A stretch of 33,242 nt of DNA from an uncultured virus (IMG/VR IMGVR_UViG_3300030060_005326) (taxonomy: Duplodnaviria > Heunggongvirae > Uroviricota > Caudoviricetes), in the IMG/VR virus record IMGVR_UViG_3300030060_005326. One strand, written 5' to 3'. The position numbers and the translations under genes were made by a program. The stretch's first letter is position 1. Each line of letters starts with the position of its first letter. The notes beneath the pieces were generated by a model that saw only the letters and a program-made list of their open reading frames with translations, was not told where the DNA came from and searched no databases. Shown in pieces: positions 1 to 9,365 of this stretch.

Positions 1-8
1 TCACCACG

Positions 9-491
9 ATGGATCATACGTTTCCCCCAGTATTGGAGAGTGTAAATGTTGTTGGTTTTGAGAGGCATGATGGTCAGGTGTTAGCTTTTCCTGAGTATCA
101 CATGAACCCCGAAGGGTATCGTGGGCCGTGCAAAACTAAAGTTACTGTCAGGTATTCTACTAATGAATTTACTTCTGCTAATGGAGGCCAACCAGAAGCT
201 AAGGCAATGATCCCTCAATCATTTACTTTTGGAACTCCTTACGTTCGTATTTCTGTCCCCGCCTGTCTCATGAATGGTGGCTTTGTTCGTTGTTCAACAG
301 GAACTGTAGATCCTGTATTCAAATACACTATATATGAGAAACAGTTGCCTGTAACTAATCCACCTAATTTAGATGGCATAGTAGAGCAACCTGATGGGAG
401 TGGAGGGCTTGTTGTCCGCGACAAACAGGAACCTACTAGAGGTGGATATGTGAGGACAACTTGGACTGTGTTTGCCCCAAAGTTTGACTAA
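9..491 (+). CDS. Hypothetical phage structural protein, probably 5'-truncated by the window edge
   Basis: Frame is open to the window start. Beta-rich Pro/Thr/Val sequence; stop overlaps the next start (TAATG); sits in the tail/lysis block. Confidence 0.55.
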   Translation: MDHTFPPVLESVNVVGFERHDGQVLAFPEYHMNPEGYRGPCKTKVTVRYSTNEFTSANGGQPEAKAMIPQSFTFGTPYVRISVPACLMNGGFVRCSTGTVDPVFKYTIYEKQLPVTNPPNLDGIVEQPDGSGGLVVRDKQEPTRGGYVRTTWTVFAPKFD

Positions 492-2308
492 TGGCTAAAG
501 AAGGTTTCTTCCAAAAAATTAAGAACTTCCTTTCAGGAGGAAGCGAAGAAGAGATTACTGAATTCTCTGAACCTGAAGAAGCAGATGTATCTATCCAAGA
601 TGCTGAAGATTCCGATTTCCCTACGTTTAAGTTCTCCCCTGTTGTTGAAGGTATAGCGGAAGCTACCGCTGAACTTTTTGATGCCCAAGCGGATGTTGGC
701 CGAGAAACTCCAGATTTATTTGAGCAGTATCGCCAAGAACATGAACCATACAGGTATGAGCCTGATGGGGATCAGATTGTTTGTATAACAAAAGCACACC
801 TCTACGAAGTCCATCCCAAAATAGAGGGGGTAAAAATGCACGCTTTAACACCGCTACAAATAAAAGCGGACGCTGAGTGTGTTATATATACAGAGTTCGA
901 CACCGATGAGCAGGGTCATGTAGTTAAAGACCCCGACCATCCTCAAATTGATAATCCAAACTTTGATGCAGATGACCCATTTAGTGGCCCCAAACTAATT
1001 GATGATCCTGATCATGGGGTATATAGACTAAAGAAAGCTGGGGCTTTACCTGAATCAACTCATTTTGAATTACCCGACGAAAGTAATGCTAATGGAAAAG
1101 TCGGCAAATACAGGTTTCCTATCGTCTGGGTTAAGGACAGAAAGCTTTATCGTCATCAGTGGAACGAAGAAGTAAGCGGAAGAGAAGCTAGATTATATGG
1201 AAGCCTAGAAGGAATCAGAGGCCCTCTGCATTGGAATTGTGGTTACAACAAACTACTAAATTTAGGGACTGGGAAAAACATTTATAGGAAGTATGTCCGC
1301 GAAAAAGTCGTGGGAGGGGGGCAACCAAATGTTGCTAAAGACGAGAAAGAATTACGAAGTATTGATCAACGACCCCCATCACTTGGTCAGTCCGATGAAG
1401 ATGGCAACCCTATTGCTACGGATAGAGTAGACGCAGATGGTAACGCCATTGCTAATCCTCCTTTTAGTGGGGAGGCCCAAGTCAAAGTAAAGTATAACGA
1501 TGCTAACCAAGCCGATGCGACTGAGATCCATATAACTGGAAACGATTATAATAAGTATTGGAAAATAGGGGGCAAGGGAGTTGGTATTGTAGAAGACGGT
1601 CTTGTTACTTGTTTAACAGATCTTACCTGCAAAGACTTCACACCTTTAACTTTAAACACAACATCTGTTCTTACTTCTTCGGGGACTACTACAGTTTTAA
1701 GTGCTGGGTCTACAACTAGTGTGGCTCAAATGCCTGACTCGTCACAAGTAGCATCAGTGGTGTCGGGTTCTGCTGTAACAACTGTCGCAGCTCCCACTAC
1801 ATCTGGAGATACCGTTGAAGTATGGAACAGTGGGACAACTACGAATGTTTGGTCAGGAGGGACTGCTACTGCTGGAGGAGGGTTGACTGCAGTTAAAGTG
1901 AGTAAATGTGGCTCTACGGACGATTGTGTTTGGGTTTTGGGTATTGACGCTTCAGGATCGTATGAGTCTTCTGCTCCTACTTTTCCTGCTTTTATCACTG
2001 GTGCTACATCTCTGGCGGGAATTACAGGAGCTAGTTTTACCTCTGTCATTAAATCTGTTCCAACAACTTCAGCTTTAGATTCTTCTGCTACTGTAAATGT
2101 AGTAAAGAGTAATTTGACTCCAGTAGATGTAGTTACGACTAGCAACACGGTCTCCGTGGTAACTTCAGGGTCAACTGTAAGTGTATATGCCCCTACAGGT
2201 TCTGCTTCTAATAAGACAATTTTAGAAGCCCCTGCAGGAAGTTCAGCAAATACTCCTATAAAAGTTGTTGAATGTCCTACAGAAGATGGATGTCCAGCAT
2301 CTGAGTAA
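491..2308 (+). CDS. Putative tail fibre/appendage protein with Ser/Thr/Val-rich C-terminal repeat region
   Basis: 605 aa. Acidic N-terminus; C-terminal ~230 aa of quasi-periodic repeats (TTSVLTSSG, TTTVLSAGS, TVEVWNSGT, TTNVWSGGT) with three Cx5C motifs. Function inferred from composition and context. Confidence 0.5.
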   Translation: MAKEGFFQKIKNFLSGGSEEEITEFSEPEEADVSIQDAEDSDFPTFKFSPVVEGIAEATAELFDAQADVGRETPDLFEQYRQEHEPYRYEPDGDQIVCITKAHLYEVHPKIEGVKMHALTPLQIKADAECVIYTEFDTDEQGHVVKDPDHPQIDNPNFDADDPFSGPKLIDDPDHGVYRLKKAGALPESTHFELPDESNANGKVGKYRFPIVWVKDRKLYRHQWNEEVSGREARLYGSLEGIRGPLHWNCGYNKLLNLGTGKNIYRKYVREKVVGGGQPNVAKDEKELRSIDQRPPSLGQSDEDGNPIATDRVDADGNAIANPPFSGEAQVKVKYNDANQADATEIHITGNDYNKYWKIGGKGVGIVEDGLVTCLTDLTCKDFTPLTLNTTSVLTSSGTTTVLSAGSTTSVAQMPDSSQVASVVSGSAVTTVAAPTTSGDTVEVWNSGTTTNVWSGGTATAGGGLTAVKVSKCGSTDDCVWVLGIDASGSYESSAPTFPAFITGATSLAGITGASFTSVIKSVPTTSALDSSATVNVVKSNLTPVDVVTTSNTVSVVTSGSTVSVYAPTGSASNKTILEAPAGSSANTPIKVVECPTEDGCPASE

Positions 2309-2320
2309 TACGCCCTCACC

Positions 2321-2349
2321 TTGACTATTCAGTGTTTTTCTATTAAGCT
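2321..2349 (+). promoter_or_regulatory. Sigma70-like promoter TTGACT-N17-TAAGCT
   Basis: Lies in the 46-bp intergenic gap with canonical 17-nt spacing; the ATG at 2355 is 5 nt after the -10 box. Confidence 0.6.
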
Positions 2350-2354
2350 ATGGT

Positions 2355-3311
2355 ATGGCTACTCTTACCGTAGCGGGAGTCGAAGAGGCCCTGTCTAAAT
2401 TTAAATCTGTAGGTTCCTCCTTTACACAGGAACTTAATCTCGTATTGCCCCGCCTCTATGCAATGGGTATGTGGAGAGATCTTCTGTATGAAACTACAAT
2501 ATCTACTACAGATGGTAATTTTACCCTCCCAGATGATGCGGAAGCAATTGTTTCTGCTTTAATCGACAACGATCCAGCCAAGGCGCAAAGTCAATTCCAT
2601 GATTATAGGTTGACTGGAAGAAATAGAGATGGGACTACTTTAGCTGGTTTTGGGATAATTGATGATGGGCTTGTCCCTACTGTCAATGAGTTAGAAGATT
2701 CTAAGAGTTATTATATTCAAATAGAACCAATAAAACCTGAGACCTCTATACCTAGAACAAGTAATAACTTCATCACTGTTACGGGATTGAATATCAGTTC
2801 TCCCCCTGAGAGGATTACTTATAAGCCTAATTTTGACACTGCTTCTGCAGCCATTTCATCTTCTGTTCAGTTCACCACTATTGAAGAAATAAGAAACGGG
2901 GATTCATCTTTATCTGCTCCCGTAAGAGTTGTAGCAGTAAACGCTGCTTCTGCTTCGGATAAATTAGAACTAGGAACAGTCCAAGAAGCAAACAAAGTTA
3001 ATTCTTTTAGGAGATATAGAATTTCTAACGCCAGTGCTGCTAAGAAGACTATGCGAATTTTGGTTAAACGAAAGTTTAAGCAGCTTATAAATTCGTATGA
3101 TGTAGTAAGGCCCAGTAATCTAAATGCAATCAAGCATGGTTTATTGGGTAATGTAGCAGAAGAGAATGCCGATTTAGAACGAGCAAACTATCATTGGAAT
3201 GTTTGCCGACAACTTCTCGATGAAGAGCTAGACGCTTACCGTGGAGAAGCAAAACCAATTTTGAAGTTCGACCCATCGGGGTCGGGATCACGAGTAATAA
3301 ACTTAACTTAA
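2355..3311 (+). CDS. Putative head-tail adaptor / tail tubular protein A-like
   Basis: 318 aa. N-terminal helices, 'GNFTLPDDAEAIVSALID' strand motif and C-terminal helical pair (NLNAIKHGLLG...ERANYHW) resemble podovirus adaptor architecture. Confidence 0.5.
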   Translation: MATLTVAGVEEALSKFKSVGSSFTQELNLVLPRLYAMGMWRDLLYETTISTTDGNFTLPDDAEAIVSALIDNDPAKAQSQFHDYRLTGRNRDGTTLAGFGIIDDGLVPTVNELEDSKSYYIQIEPIKPETSIPRTSNNFITVTGLNISSPPERITYKPNFDTASAAISSSVQFTTIEEIRNGDSSLSAPVRVVAVNAASASDKLELGTVQEANKVNSFRRYRISNASAAKKTMRILVKRKFKQLINSYDVVRPSNLNAIKHGLLGNVAEENADLERANYHWNVCRQLLDEELDAYRGEAKPILKFDPSGSGSRVINLT

Positions 3312-3317
3312 TTTAAT

Positions 3318-3506
3318 ATGACCGAATTCATTCAATACCTTAGTGACAACAGAGACAGCATACTTGCTACCCTGACTGCTGTAGTTGCTGCAGCTTCCGC
3401 ACTCTGTGCTTTAACGCCTACCCCTAAAGATGACACCATAGTTCGCAAAGTCTACAGAGTTGTAGAATGGTTGGCATTAAACGTGGGTAAAGCCAAAGAT
3501 AAATAA
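3318..3506 (+). CDS. Holin-like small membrane protein
   Basis: 62 aa with hydrophobic helix ILATLTAVVAAASALCAL, 'TPTPKDD' motif and basic C-terminus, a common phage holin-like pattern; heads the lysis cassette. Confidence 0.7.
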   Translation: MTEFIQYLSDNRDSILATLTAVVAAASALCALTPTPKDDTIVRKVYRVVEWLALNVGKAKDK

Positions 3507-3721
3507 TGCGCTTGATGCGTTTAATAACCGCTGCTTTGGAAGCTATTGTAGCTTACATAAACTTAAAAAATAGACGTTATATAGATGAGATCGAAGATGA
3601 AATTGACGAGCTTGCCCGTGTTGGCTCTCCTTCTGCAAAGTTGCGGATTGAAAGACTGGGCAAACGACTCAGTCGTGAACGACAGCGCAATCTACGATCC
3701 TCCGACGATAACTCTAATTGA
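3506..3721 (+). CDS. Putative inner-membrane spanin (Rz-like)
   Basis: 71 aa; apolar N-terminal helix followed by a charged helical region; overlapped in the +1 frame by a lipoprotein ORF. Confidence 0.55.
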   Translation: MRLMRLITAALEAIVAYINLKNRRYIDEIEDEIDELARVGSPSAKLRIERLGKRLSRERQRNLRSSDDNSN

Positions 3722-3827
3722 AGGCAAACAATACAATTTTGTTGAGGGTGTCTTAACTGGCAGGAAGAAACATAAATTCCATAGCGACTATTCATATTTA
3801 AGAGCAATCACTATTGGAAACAAATGA
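3585..3827 (+). CDS. Putative outer-membrane spanin lipoprotein (Rz1-like)
   Basis: Signal peptide MKLTSLPVLALLLQS-C with lipobox Cys; starts inside the Rz-like ORF and extends past it; stop is coupled (ATGA) to the next gene. True start may be the second Met. Confidence 0.65.
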   Translation: MRSKMKLTSLPVLALLLQSCGLKDWANDSVVNDSAIYDPPTITLIEGKQYNFVEGVLTGRKKHKFHSDYSYLRAITIGNK

Positions 3828-3997
3828 ACTCTTCTAAGTTAATAGACACCCTTTTGGGAACTTTAACCCCCACAATAGCTATTGCAGCTTCAATGCAGGA
3901 ACAAATAGAATACTGGCTTCGCGTTATTTCACTTTTACTTGGTATCTGTGTAGCAGCCGTATCTTTATACAGATTACTTTTTAAGTATAAGAAATGA
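3824..3997 (+). CDS. Small membrane protein, second holin/antiholin candidate (57 aa, not in ORF track)
   Basis: MNSSKLIDTLLGTLTPTIAIAASMQEQIEYWLRVISLLLGICVAAVSLYRLLFKYKK; ATGA overlaps at both ends; clear TM helix and basic tail; directly before the endolysin. Confidence 0.7.
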   Translation: MNSSKLIDTLLGTLTPTIAIAASMQEQIEYWLRVISLLLGICVAAVSLYRLLFKYKK

Positions 3998-4542
3998 TAG
4001 GATTAGCTATAGGCCATTCACGAAGAGGAGATTCAGGAGCTTACACTGTTGGGAAACCTAGTGTCAGTGAGAAAAAGTTTAACACTGAATTACTTCCTCT
4101 TATTACGCCTAAGTTAAAAGTTCCTTTTAAAATATACGACGATTACAACGCCTCTAGTTATGTGGGTGCGATGAACTATGTTTCTCGCAAAATGAGGGAA
4201 GATTTAGTGGATGCTTGCATAGAGTTTCATTTTAACTCAGCAGGGCCAAAAGCAACAGGACACGAATGGTTGCATTGGGAAACTAGTAGGGGTGGGAGAA
4301 GACTTGCTAATAAATTAAAAGAAGCAATGGATAAAGCATATCCTGATTTAGCTTCTCGTGGAGTCAAACCTCGGAAGAAAGGACAGCGTGGTGCTTTGTT
4401 CCTTAGAAAGACTCCCTGCTACGCTTGCATAGCAGAGCCTTTTTTTGGCTCAAATATATCTGATGTAATCTTAATAGAATCAGATTTAAACAAATTAGCA
4501 TCAGTTTACGCCGAAGGGATAAATGAATTCTATGGCAAATGA
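3994..4542 (+). CDS. Endolysin, N-acetylmuramoyl-L-alanine amidase (Amidase_3 family)
   Basis: Zn-ligand and catalytic motifs AIGHS..GDSGA, SEKKFN, IEFHFNS, IAEPFF. Confidence 0.9.
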   Translation: MIGLAIGHSRRGDSGAYTVGKPSVSEKKFNTELLPLITPKLKVPFKIYDDYNASSYVGAMNYVSRKMREDLVDACIEFHFNSAGPKATGHEWLHWETSRGGRRLANKLKEAMDKAYPDLASRGVKPRKKGQRGALFLRKTPCYACIAEPFFGSNISDVILIESDLNKLASVYAEGINEFYGK

Positions 4543-4838
4543 TAATACCCAAAAGCATACGAATAGCGGGACAAACAATTAAGATTCGTTTTGCGGATCT
4601 TAGTGACGATGATTTGTATGGGTATTATAGTCATGAAAGAAAAACTATTTTTATCTCTGAAGTTTTAGAAGGCAAACCCCTTTTAAATACGGTTCGCCAT
4701 GAGTTGATGGAAGCATCACTATGCCTTTCTGGAGTAGGATTCTGTGAAACCTTTGAACAGGAAGCCGTGGTGCGGTGTATGGATGAAGTCTTTTTCCCTG
4801 CCTACGAGCGTTTTTTAAAACGAGTAGGTGAGGGATGA
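4539..4838 (+). CDS. Small metallopeptidase-like protein (ImmA/IrrE-like fold, HExxE variant)
   Basis: Pattern 'IPKSIRIAG...YGYY....TIFIS...TVRHELMEA...EQEAVV'; the second His of HExxH is replaced by Glu. Confidence 0.55.
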   Translation: MIIPKSIRIAGQTIKIRFADLSDDDLYGYYSHERKTIFISEVLEGKPLLNTVRHELMEASLCLSGVGFCETFEQEAVVRCMDEVFFPAYERFLKRVGEG

Positions 4839-5371
4839 GCAGAAAAAAATTACCCCCGCATTTCAATAGGTCTAACGGAATGCTAGTATTTACTCCGACT
4901 AGCGATCATGTCAAAGAAGCTTTTGAACGTAGCGAAAAACTAGGAGTCTTGCCTAACTCTTTTACTAGGGGGGCTGGTCGGATGACTGGTTTCTTAGGAG
5001 AAGTTGCTTTCGAGTGTTTATACCCCGAAGCTATTTATGAGGGGGATGTAGCTTACACACACGACTATGTGTTGGGTAAAAAGACAATAGATGTTAAATC
5101 CAAAAGCTGCGCTGGTATTCCGCAACCCCATTACACGGCTTCGGTCAATTGCCCAGAAGGAAAGAAGCTACCCGCTAAAGCTTACTTCTTTGTTCGCGTT
5201 CGCAAAGATTTTCAAAAAGCTTGGCTACTTGGTTGGGCTACAGCTTTTACTATACAAAAGAGAGCCGAATATAAACTGCGTGGAGAACCTGATGATTATG
5301 GGTTTACTTACAAAGTTGACGGATACCATCTCCCAATAGCTTCCCTTAGAAAGGCTGGTTCTCTAAAGTAG
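4835..5371 (+). CDS. PD-(D/E)XK-family nuclease-like protein
   Basis: 'GFLGEVAF' helix, 'HDY' and 'IDVKSK' give the E...D...DxK catalytic pattern. Confidence 0.65.
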   Translation: MSRKKLPPHFNRSNGMLVFTPTSDHVKEAFERSEKLGVLPNSFTRGAGRMTGFLGEVAFECLYPEAIYEGDVAYTHDYVLGKKTIDVKSKSCAGIPQPHYTASVNCPEGKKLPAKAYFFVRVRKDFQKAWLLGWATAFTIQKRAEYKLRGEPDDYGFTYKVDGYHLPIASLRKAGSLK

Positions 5372-7523
5372 TTTCTTCGTAGTCAATATCGAATGGGGAG
5401 GTTACGTCTATTATCCAAATCTTACCACTTCCCTTTCCTACAGATTTTATGGGTCTGGTAGTTTCACTATGCTTCCCAACATCTTCTAAGTGTGACAAAC
5501 CATTTCTTATAAAGTCTATCTTATTTGAAGCTCCTAGTGGGCGACCTCCGTTATACGAATGAAGAGCTACTTGAAGCTCTAGTATCGTGCCACGCCATGT
5601 CGCCATCTTTTCGTTTTGCTCACGACAAGCTTTAGCAAAGAAGTCTATTAGTTCAGATACTTGAGACCTGCTAGAGTTATCAAAGGCAGCGTAAGAAATA
5701 CTTCTGTCTATAAAGCTCTTAACACCAAATCTGTCATCATCTAATATCTCTACAGGTGGCTTCCAATCCATGAGCCATTTAGCAAAATAAGGCAGCTCTT
5801 GTTCGATGATGGATTCAAGCTCTTCCTTTTTAGGGAACTCAAAAGGTTTCTTACAAACCTTGAAAGCCATGAGTTTGTCCTTGTTACTGGAATCCATTGT
5901 AGGGAGAACACTCATAGAGTTTGGGTCATCATTAAGACTTACTATTATTCTGCCAGCCCAAGGAAGAGTAACGGCATCCGCATACTTTGCCATAAACTCA
6001 ATTCTAGGATTAGCGACTCCCCGTTTAATAAGTTCTGTTGCTTTACGTTGGTCTTGGAAAGATGCAGCACTAACTGTGTCATCAATAACCCAGCAAGCAG
6101 CCCTACCTAAGTCCTTATTAAATTTAGTTCCACCAGACAAATAATCACTAGCATCCGCAAAGCCCCCTACCAAAGCTGCAATAATCTTATTAGACACGAG
6201 AGTCTTACCTCTTTTAGCAGGGCCTACCAAAATACAAGCTTGTCCCTGATCTTCTTTGTTGAAGTAGAAAGCTTTGTAGTATCGTTGCAACCAACCAAAG
6301 AAGTAATACTTACTTCGTATGTCGGTAGAGTCTACGAAGAACTGATCAAAAAACATATTGAGCCAAGGCCAGTTGCTGGGGTCTCCGTCAGATGCAGGTT
6401 CTATTGGGCATACAGTAGCTGAGTTCAATATCTGCAACCCGTTGTAGGAAACAATTCTTTCGTTCCTCCTGAATACAACTGGGGCTATTTCATCAATTCT
6501 ATTCGTGTTGCTAATCAAAACTATAGCCGACTCTACTTCAGTTACATTCTCTCCTTTCTTTGGTCTACCTCCTTTAAAACCCCTTTGCTTCAATTCCAAT
6601 ACCAGTTGATCTCTTGGGATGGGCTTTGCAGTCCCATGTAACAGTTTGAAAAACTGTCTGCCATTAAACCAATATTCATCAAGAAGATCCCCCATCTTCT
6701 GTTCTTCAAAGTCCTTAACGAAGTCAGGCCCAAAAATGTCTCTCCATGTTTTCCAAGCTAGGTCACGATCTGAGTATACGATCATACCATCTTCAAACAC
6801 CTGACAACCTTCTCTATCAATACCATCATCGATCCAAAAAAGAGGGCCTCTTGATCCGACTTCAAAATCACCTATCCACCTGTTGGGAAATCTTTTCTCT
6901 ACTTCTTCTGCAATTATCTCAATAGGAATAGATGTATCTTTTGATTCTGGGGGTTTCTCTTTGGCTGCTTTAAAAAGAGCTGTTTGAACTATAGAGCTAG
7001 GTATCTTGCCCCCCATGTTTACCCAGTCTGTTCCTATCTCCATTAACTGGGATGGGGCTTCTGACTTTTTGTCGTATCCTGCAAAGATCTTGTGGTATTG
7101 CAGCATCTGCTTTAGATGCTTGAAGAAAGGAGTCACCAGTGTGTGGTGAATCGATAGAGTTTCCTCTAGCTCAAAAAACAATCTTATGTATCCACTATAT
7201 GTTCTGCAATACCACGCTGGTAAAGCCTTCGGACACTTTGCTGTGATTATGTTTTTTACATTCGGCCAATCAGGTGGAGCATCAAAGTCTGCTGGGATGG
7301 CGTGTATCTTACATATCTTGTTCTCCCCTTCGATTCTTGCGTTAGGGTTTATCCCCTCAAAGCCTGTTAAAAATGCGTGATCAGTGTCACTACTGGCGCA
7401 CCATTCTCGGTAAAGTGCTTTTGATTTAAATCGAGGTATTGGTTTGATCTCAATATCTGTAGGATCATTTACTGTTATTAAAGCTTCTTTTGATTTTAAG
7501 TTTTTAAGGTATTTAATTTTCAT
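5346..7523 (-). CDS. DNA primase-helicase (AEP/PrimPol-like N-terminus plus P-loop NTPase, DUF5906/D5-like)
   Basis: N-terminal 'ADFD' and 'RTYSGYIRLFF'; Walker A GPAKRGKT, Walker B WVIDD, 'IIVSLND'; adjacent to polA. Confidence 0.8.
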   Translation of the reverse strand: MKIKYLKNLKSKEALITVNDPTDIEIKPIPRFKSKALYREWCASSDTDHAFLTGFEGINPNARIEGENKICKIHAIPADFDAPPDWPNVKNIITAKCPKALPAWYCRTYSGYIRLFFELEETLSIHHTLVTPFFKHLKQMLQYHKIFAGYDKKSEAPSQLMEIGTDWVNMGGKIPSSIVQTALFKAAKEKPPESKDTSIPIEIIAEEVEKRFPNRWIGDFEVGSRGPLFWIDDGIDREGCQVFEDGMIVYSDRDLAWKTWRDIFGPDFVKDFEEQKMGDLLDEYWFNGRQFFKLLHGTAKPIPRDQLVLELKQRGFKGGRPKKGENVTEVESAIVLISNTNRIDEIAPVVFRRNERIVSYNGLQILNSATVCPIEPASDGDPSNWPWLNMFFDQFFVDSTDIRSKYYFFGWLQRYYKAFYFNKEDQGQACILVGPAKRGKTLVSNKIIAALVGGFADASDYLSGGTKFNKDLGRAACWVIDDTVSAASFQDQRKATELIKRGVANPRIEFMAKYADAVTLPWAGRIIVSLNDDPNSMSVLPTMDSSNKDKLMAFKVCKKPFEFPKKEELESIIEQELPYFAKWLMDWKPPVEILDDDRFGVKSFIDRSISYAAFDNSSRSQVSELIDFFAKACREQNEKMATWRGTILELQVALHSYNGGRPLGASNKIDFIRNGLSHLEDVGKHSETTRPIKSVGKGSGKIWIIDVTSPFDIDYEETTLENQPF

Positions 7524-9313
7524 TTTTCATATCTGTCTTGAATTGATCCTTCTGCTTCTACGGCAATATCAGGAATCCATGTTGGGGGTTGAGACATTAT
7601 ATTTATAACATCCGAAAGTGTTTCTTCTGCTTTATCAGCGGGGGCCTCTACAACTAATTCATCATGAACGTGCATAATTATTTTATGACCTGCTGCATTA
7701 ACTCTTAGGAGCATATCAGAAAAAATATCCCTCGCTAATGCCTGAGATGCATTCTCTGCTACTAGCCCTCCCCATAATCTGACGGCTACATACTTGCCAT
7801 GACGAGGGACTTTAGCCGTGTATTGTGTGTTTGTTGGGTCTCCCCCTTTTTGTAGAGTTCCGTAATCTAAAACTCTTCCACTAGGAAGATCGACAGTGAA
7901 TTTAGATTTAAGCTCATTGCCGTCTTTATCGTATCCTTTTGTAACACGAGTAGATCCTGCAATATCTTCACTGTAGGAAAACCAAAGATCTTTTATTTTC
8001 TTCATCTTGTTCCTGTAAGTATTAACTCTCTTTTTGGATTCCTCTTCTGTAATACCAGACATACTAGCAAATCTTTTTGCCCCTGCTCCATAGCCACACC
8101 CCAAGACCATCGTCTTCACGGCGTGTCTTTTTTCTGCATTTTCTTTTTTGAGTATTCCTTTTTCCTTATCCCACATCCCAAACCTAATAGCGAATGCTTC
8201 GTAAATATCATCAGTGTTCTCAATCTCCTTCATCATTTCCCAATCCTTAGCTAACCAGCAAAGTGTTCTTACTTCAATCTGAGAAAGATCTACCACGATT
8301 AATTTTTTGTCAGGTTCGGGACAAATTAAATGACGTAGGTTTACCCCAAACATCTCATCCCTTGGTAAGTTCTGTAAGTTGAGGTTACCACCAGATCCAC
8401 TAAATCTACCCGTGTGTGCTCCAAAATACATACAGCCACCGTAGTATCTACCATCTGGCATGGTGGCGTAATCGAAGCTCTCTAGTTTCTTCTTTATTGA
8501 GTTTATCCTTCTCCAGCTCTTAACAGCTCCTATCCACTTGTGCTCTTCGCTATGTTCGTTAATCCACTCTTGTGCGTCTTCGTCGGCTTCCGCAAGACTT
8601 GCTGGTGGATCAAGACCAAGTAATAAACACTGCTGATCAAAAGCTGCCCTACTAAGAAGTGGCTTCTCGTCCAGCCAAGGGATGTTTTCTTCAGCTTCAA
8701 ATAAAGCTTTGTTAATTGTCTCTAACTGTTTCTTTAGAAGTTCGGTATCAATTGGAATGCCCCTTTGAACTATCCTTCGATTTACCCGACTGATGTCCCT
8801 TTCAAATTGAGGCCATTTATCTTTGAGTGTCTCCCATAGCTTGAGACATAGTTCACTATCCTTTAGTGCGTATTCACTTACCTCTTCTTTAAACTCTGGC
8901 GACATATTCTCCCATCGTTTTCCAGACATATTGTCTCGTGTCGATTTATCTACAGTGAGATTGAAGAGTTTAGCCGTGGATCCTTTTAATGATCTAGGTA
9001 ACTTGCAATATGCTGCAAGGTCTGCAGTGCAGTGCCATTCTGCTGGAGCACAATCATCCCACCAGTTTTGGGATACACCATACAGGAACAAGGTTTCATC
9101 AAAGGAAGCATTGTGTGACAGCACAATATTGCCATCCAACAAACTCCAATCAAAATCTTTAGGGTGACCTACAAAGCTTGTCCCCTCCGTTCCAACAACT
9201 GATACCATGTAGGCATCAAAGTTGGGGTGACTAAAATATCCCAAAACTCCTAGAGTTTTTATTGAGCATTCTTTGTCATAGTATGTTTCGTAATCTAAAG
9301 CAAAAGTGTCCAT
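7520..9313 (-). CDS. polA: DNA polymerase family A with 3'-5' exonuclease, no 5'-3' exonuclease
   Basis: Exo I ALDYETY, Exo II HNASFD, Exo III YALKD; HTGRFSG..NLQNLPR; motif A DLSQIEVR; motif B RHAVKTMVLGCGYG; motif C HVHDEL. Confidence 0.95.
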   Translation of the reverse strand: MDTFALDYETYYDKECSIKTLGVLGYFSHPNFDAYMVSVVGTEGTSFVGHPKDFDWSLLDGNIVLSHNASFDETLFLYGVSQNWWDDCAPAEWHCTADLAAYCKLPRSLKGSTAKLFNLTVDKSTRDNMSGKRWENMSPEFKEEVSEYALKDSELCLKLWETLKDKWPQFERDISRVNRRIVQRGIPIDTELLKKQLETINKALFEAEENIPWLDEKPLLSRAAFDQQCLLLGLDPPASLAEADEDAQEWINEHSEEHKWIGAVKSWRRINSIKKKLESFDYATMPDGRYYGGCMYFGAHTGRFSGSGGNLNLQNLPRDEMFGVNLRHLICPEPDKKLIVVDLSQIEVRTLCWLAKDWEMMKEIENTDDIYEAFAIRFGMWDKEKGILKKENAEKRHAVKTMVLGCGYGAGAKRFASMSGITEEESKKRVNTYRNKMKKIKDLWFSYSEDIAGSTRVTKGYDKDGNELKSKFTVDLPSGRVLDYGTLQKGGDPTNTQYTAKVPRHGKYVAVRLWGGLVAENASQALARDIFSDMLLRVNAAGHKIIMHVHDELVVEAPADKAEETLSDVINIMSQPPTWIPDIAVEAEGSIQDRYEK

Positions 9314-9323
9314 AATTTAAATT

Positions 9324-9365
9324 TACCCCACCCCCACAATGATACACACGACAGGGGGTGGGGTA
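9324..9365 (-). promoter_or_regulatory. GC-rich hairpin (12-bp stem, 18-nt loop) 10 nt upstream of the polA start
   Basis: TACCCCACCCCC (9324-9335) is the exact reverse complement of GGGGGTGGGGTA (9354-9365). Confidence 0.6.

Noticed and set aside
1726..2319. 197-aa antisense ORF and other shadow ORFs (e.g. 10615-11010, 13622-14047, 24109-24636)
   Set aside because: They lie opposite well-supported genes, lack motifs, and are explained by codon bias of the sense strand.
7520..9313. DpoZ / Z-genome system
   Set aside because: No PurZ or DatZ gene in the window; DUF1599 alone is insufficient.
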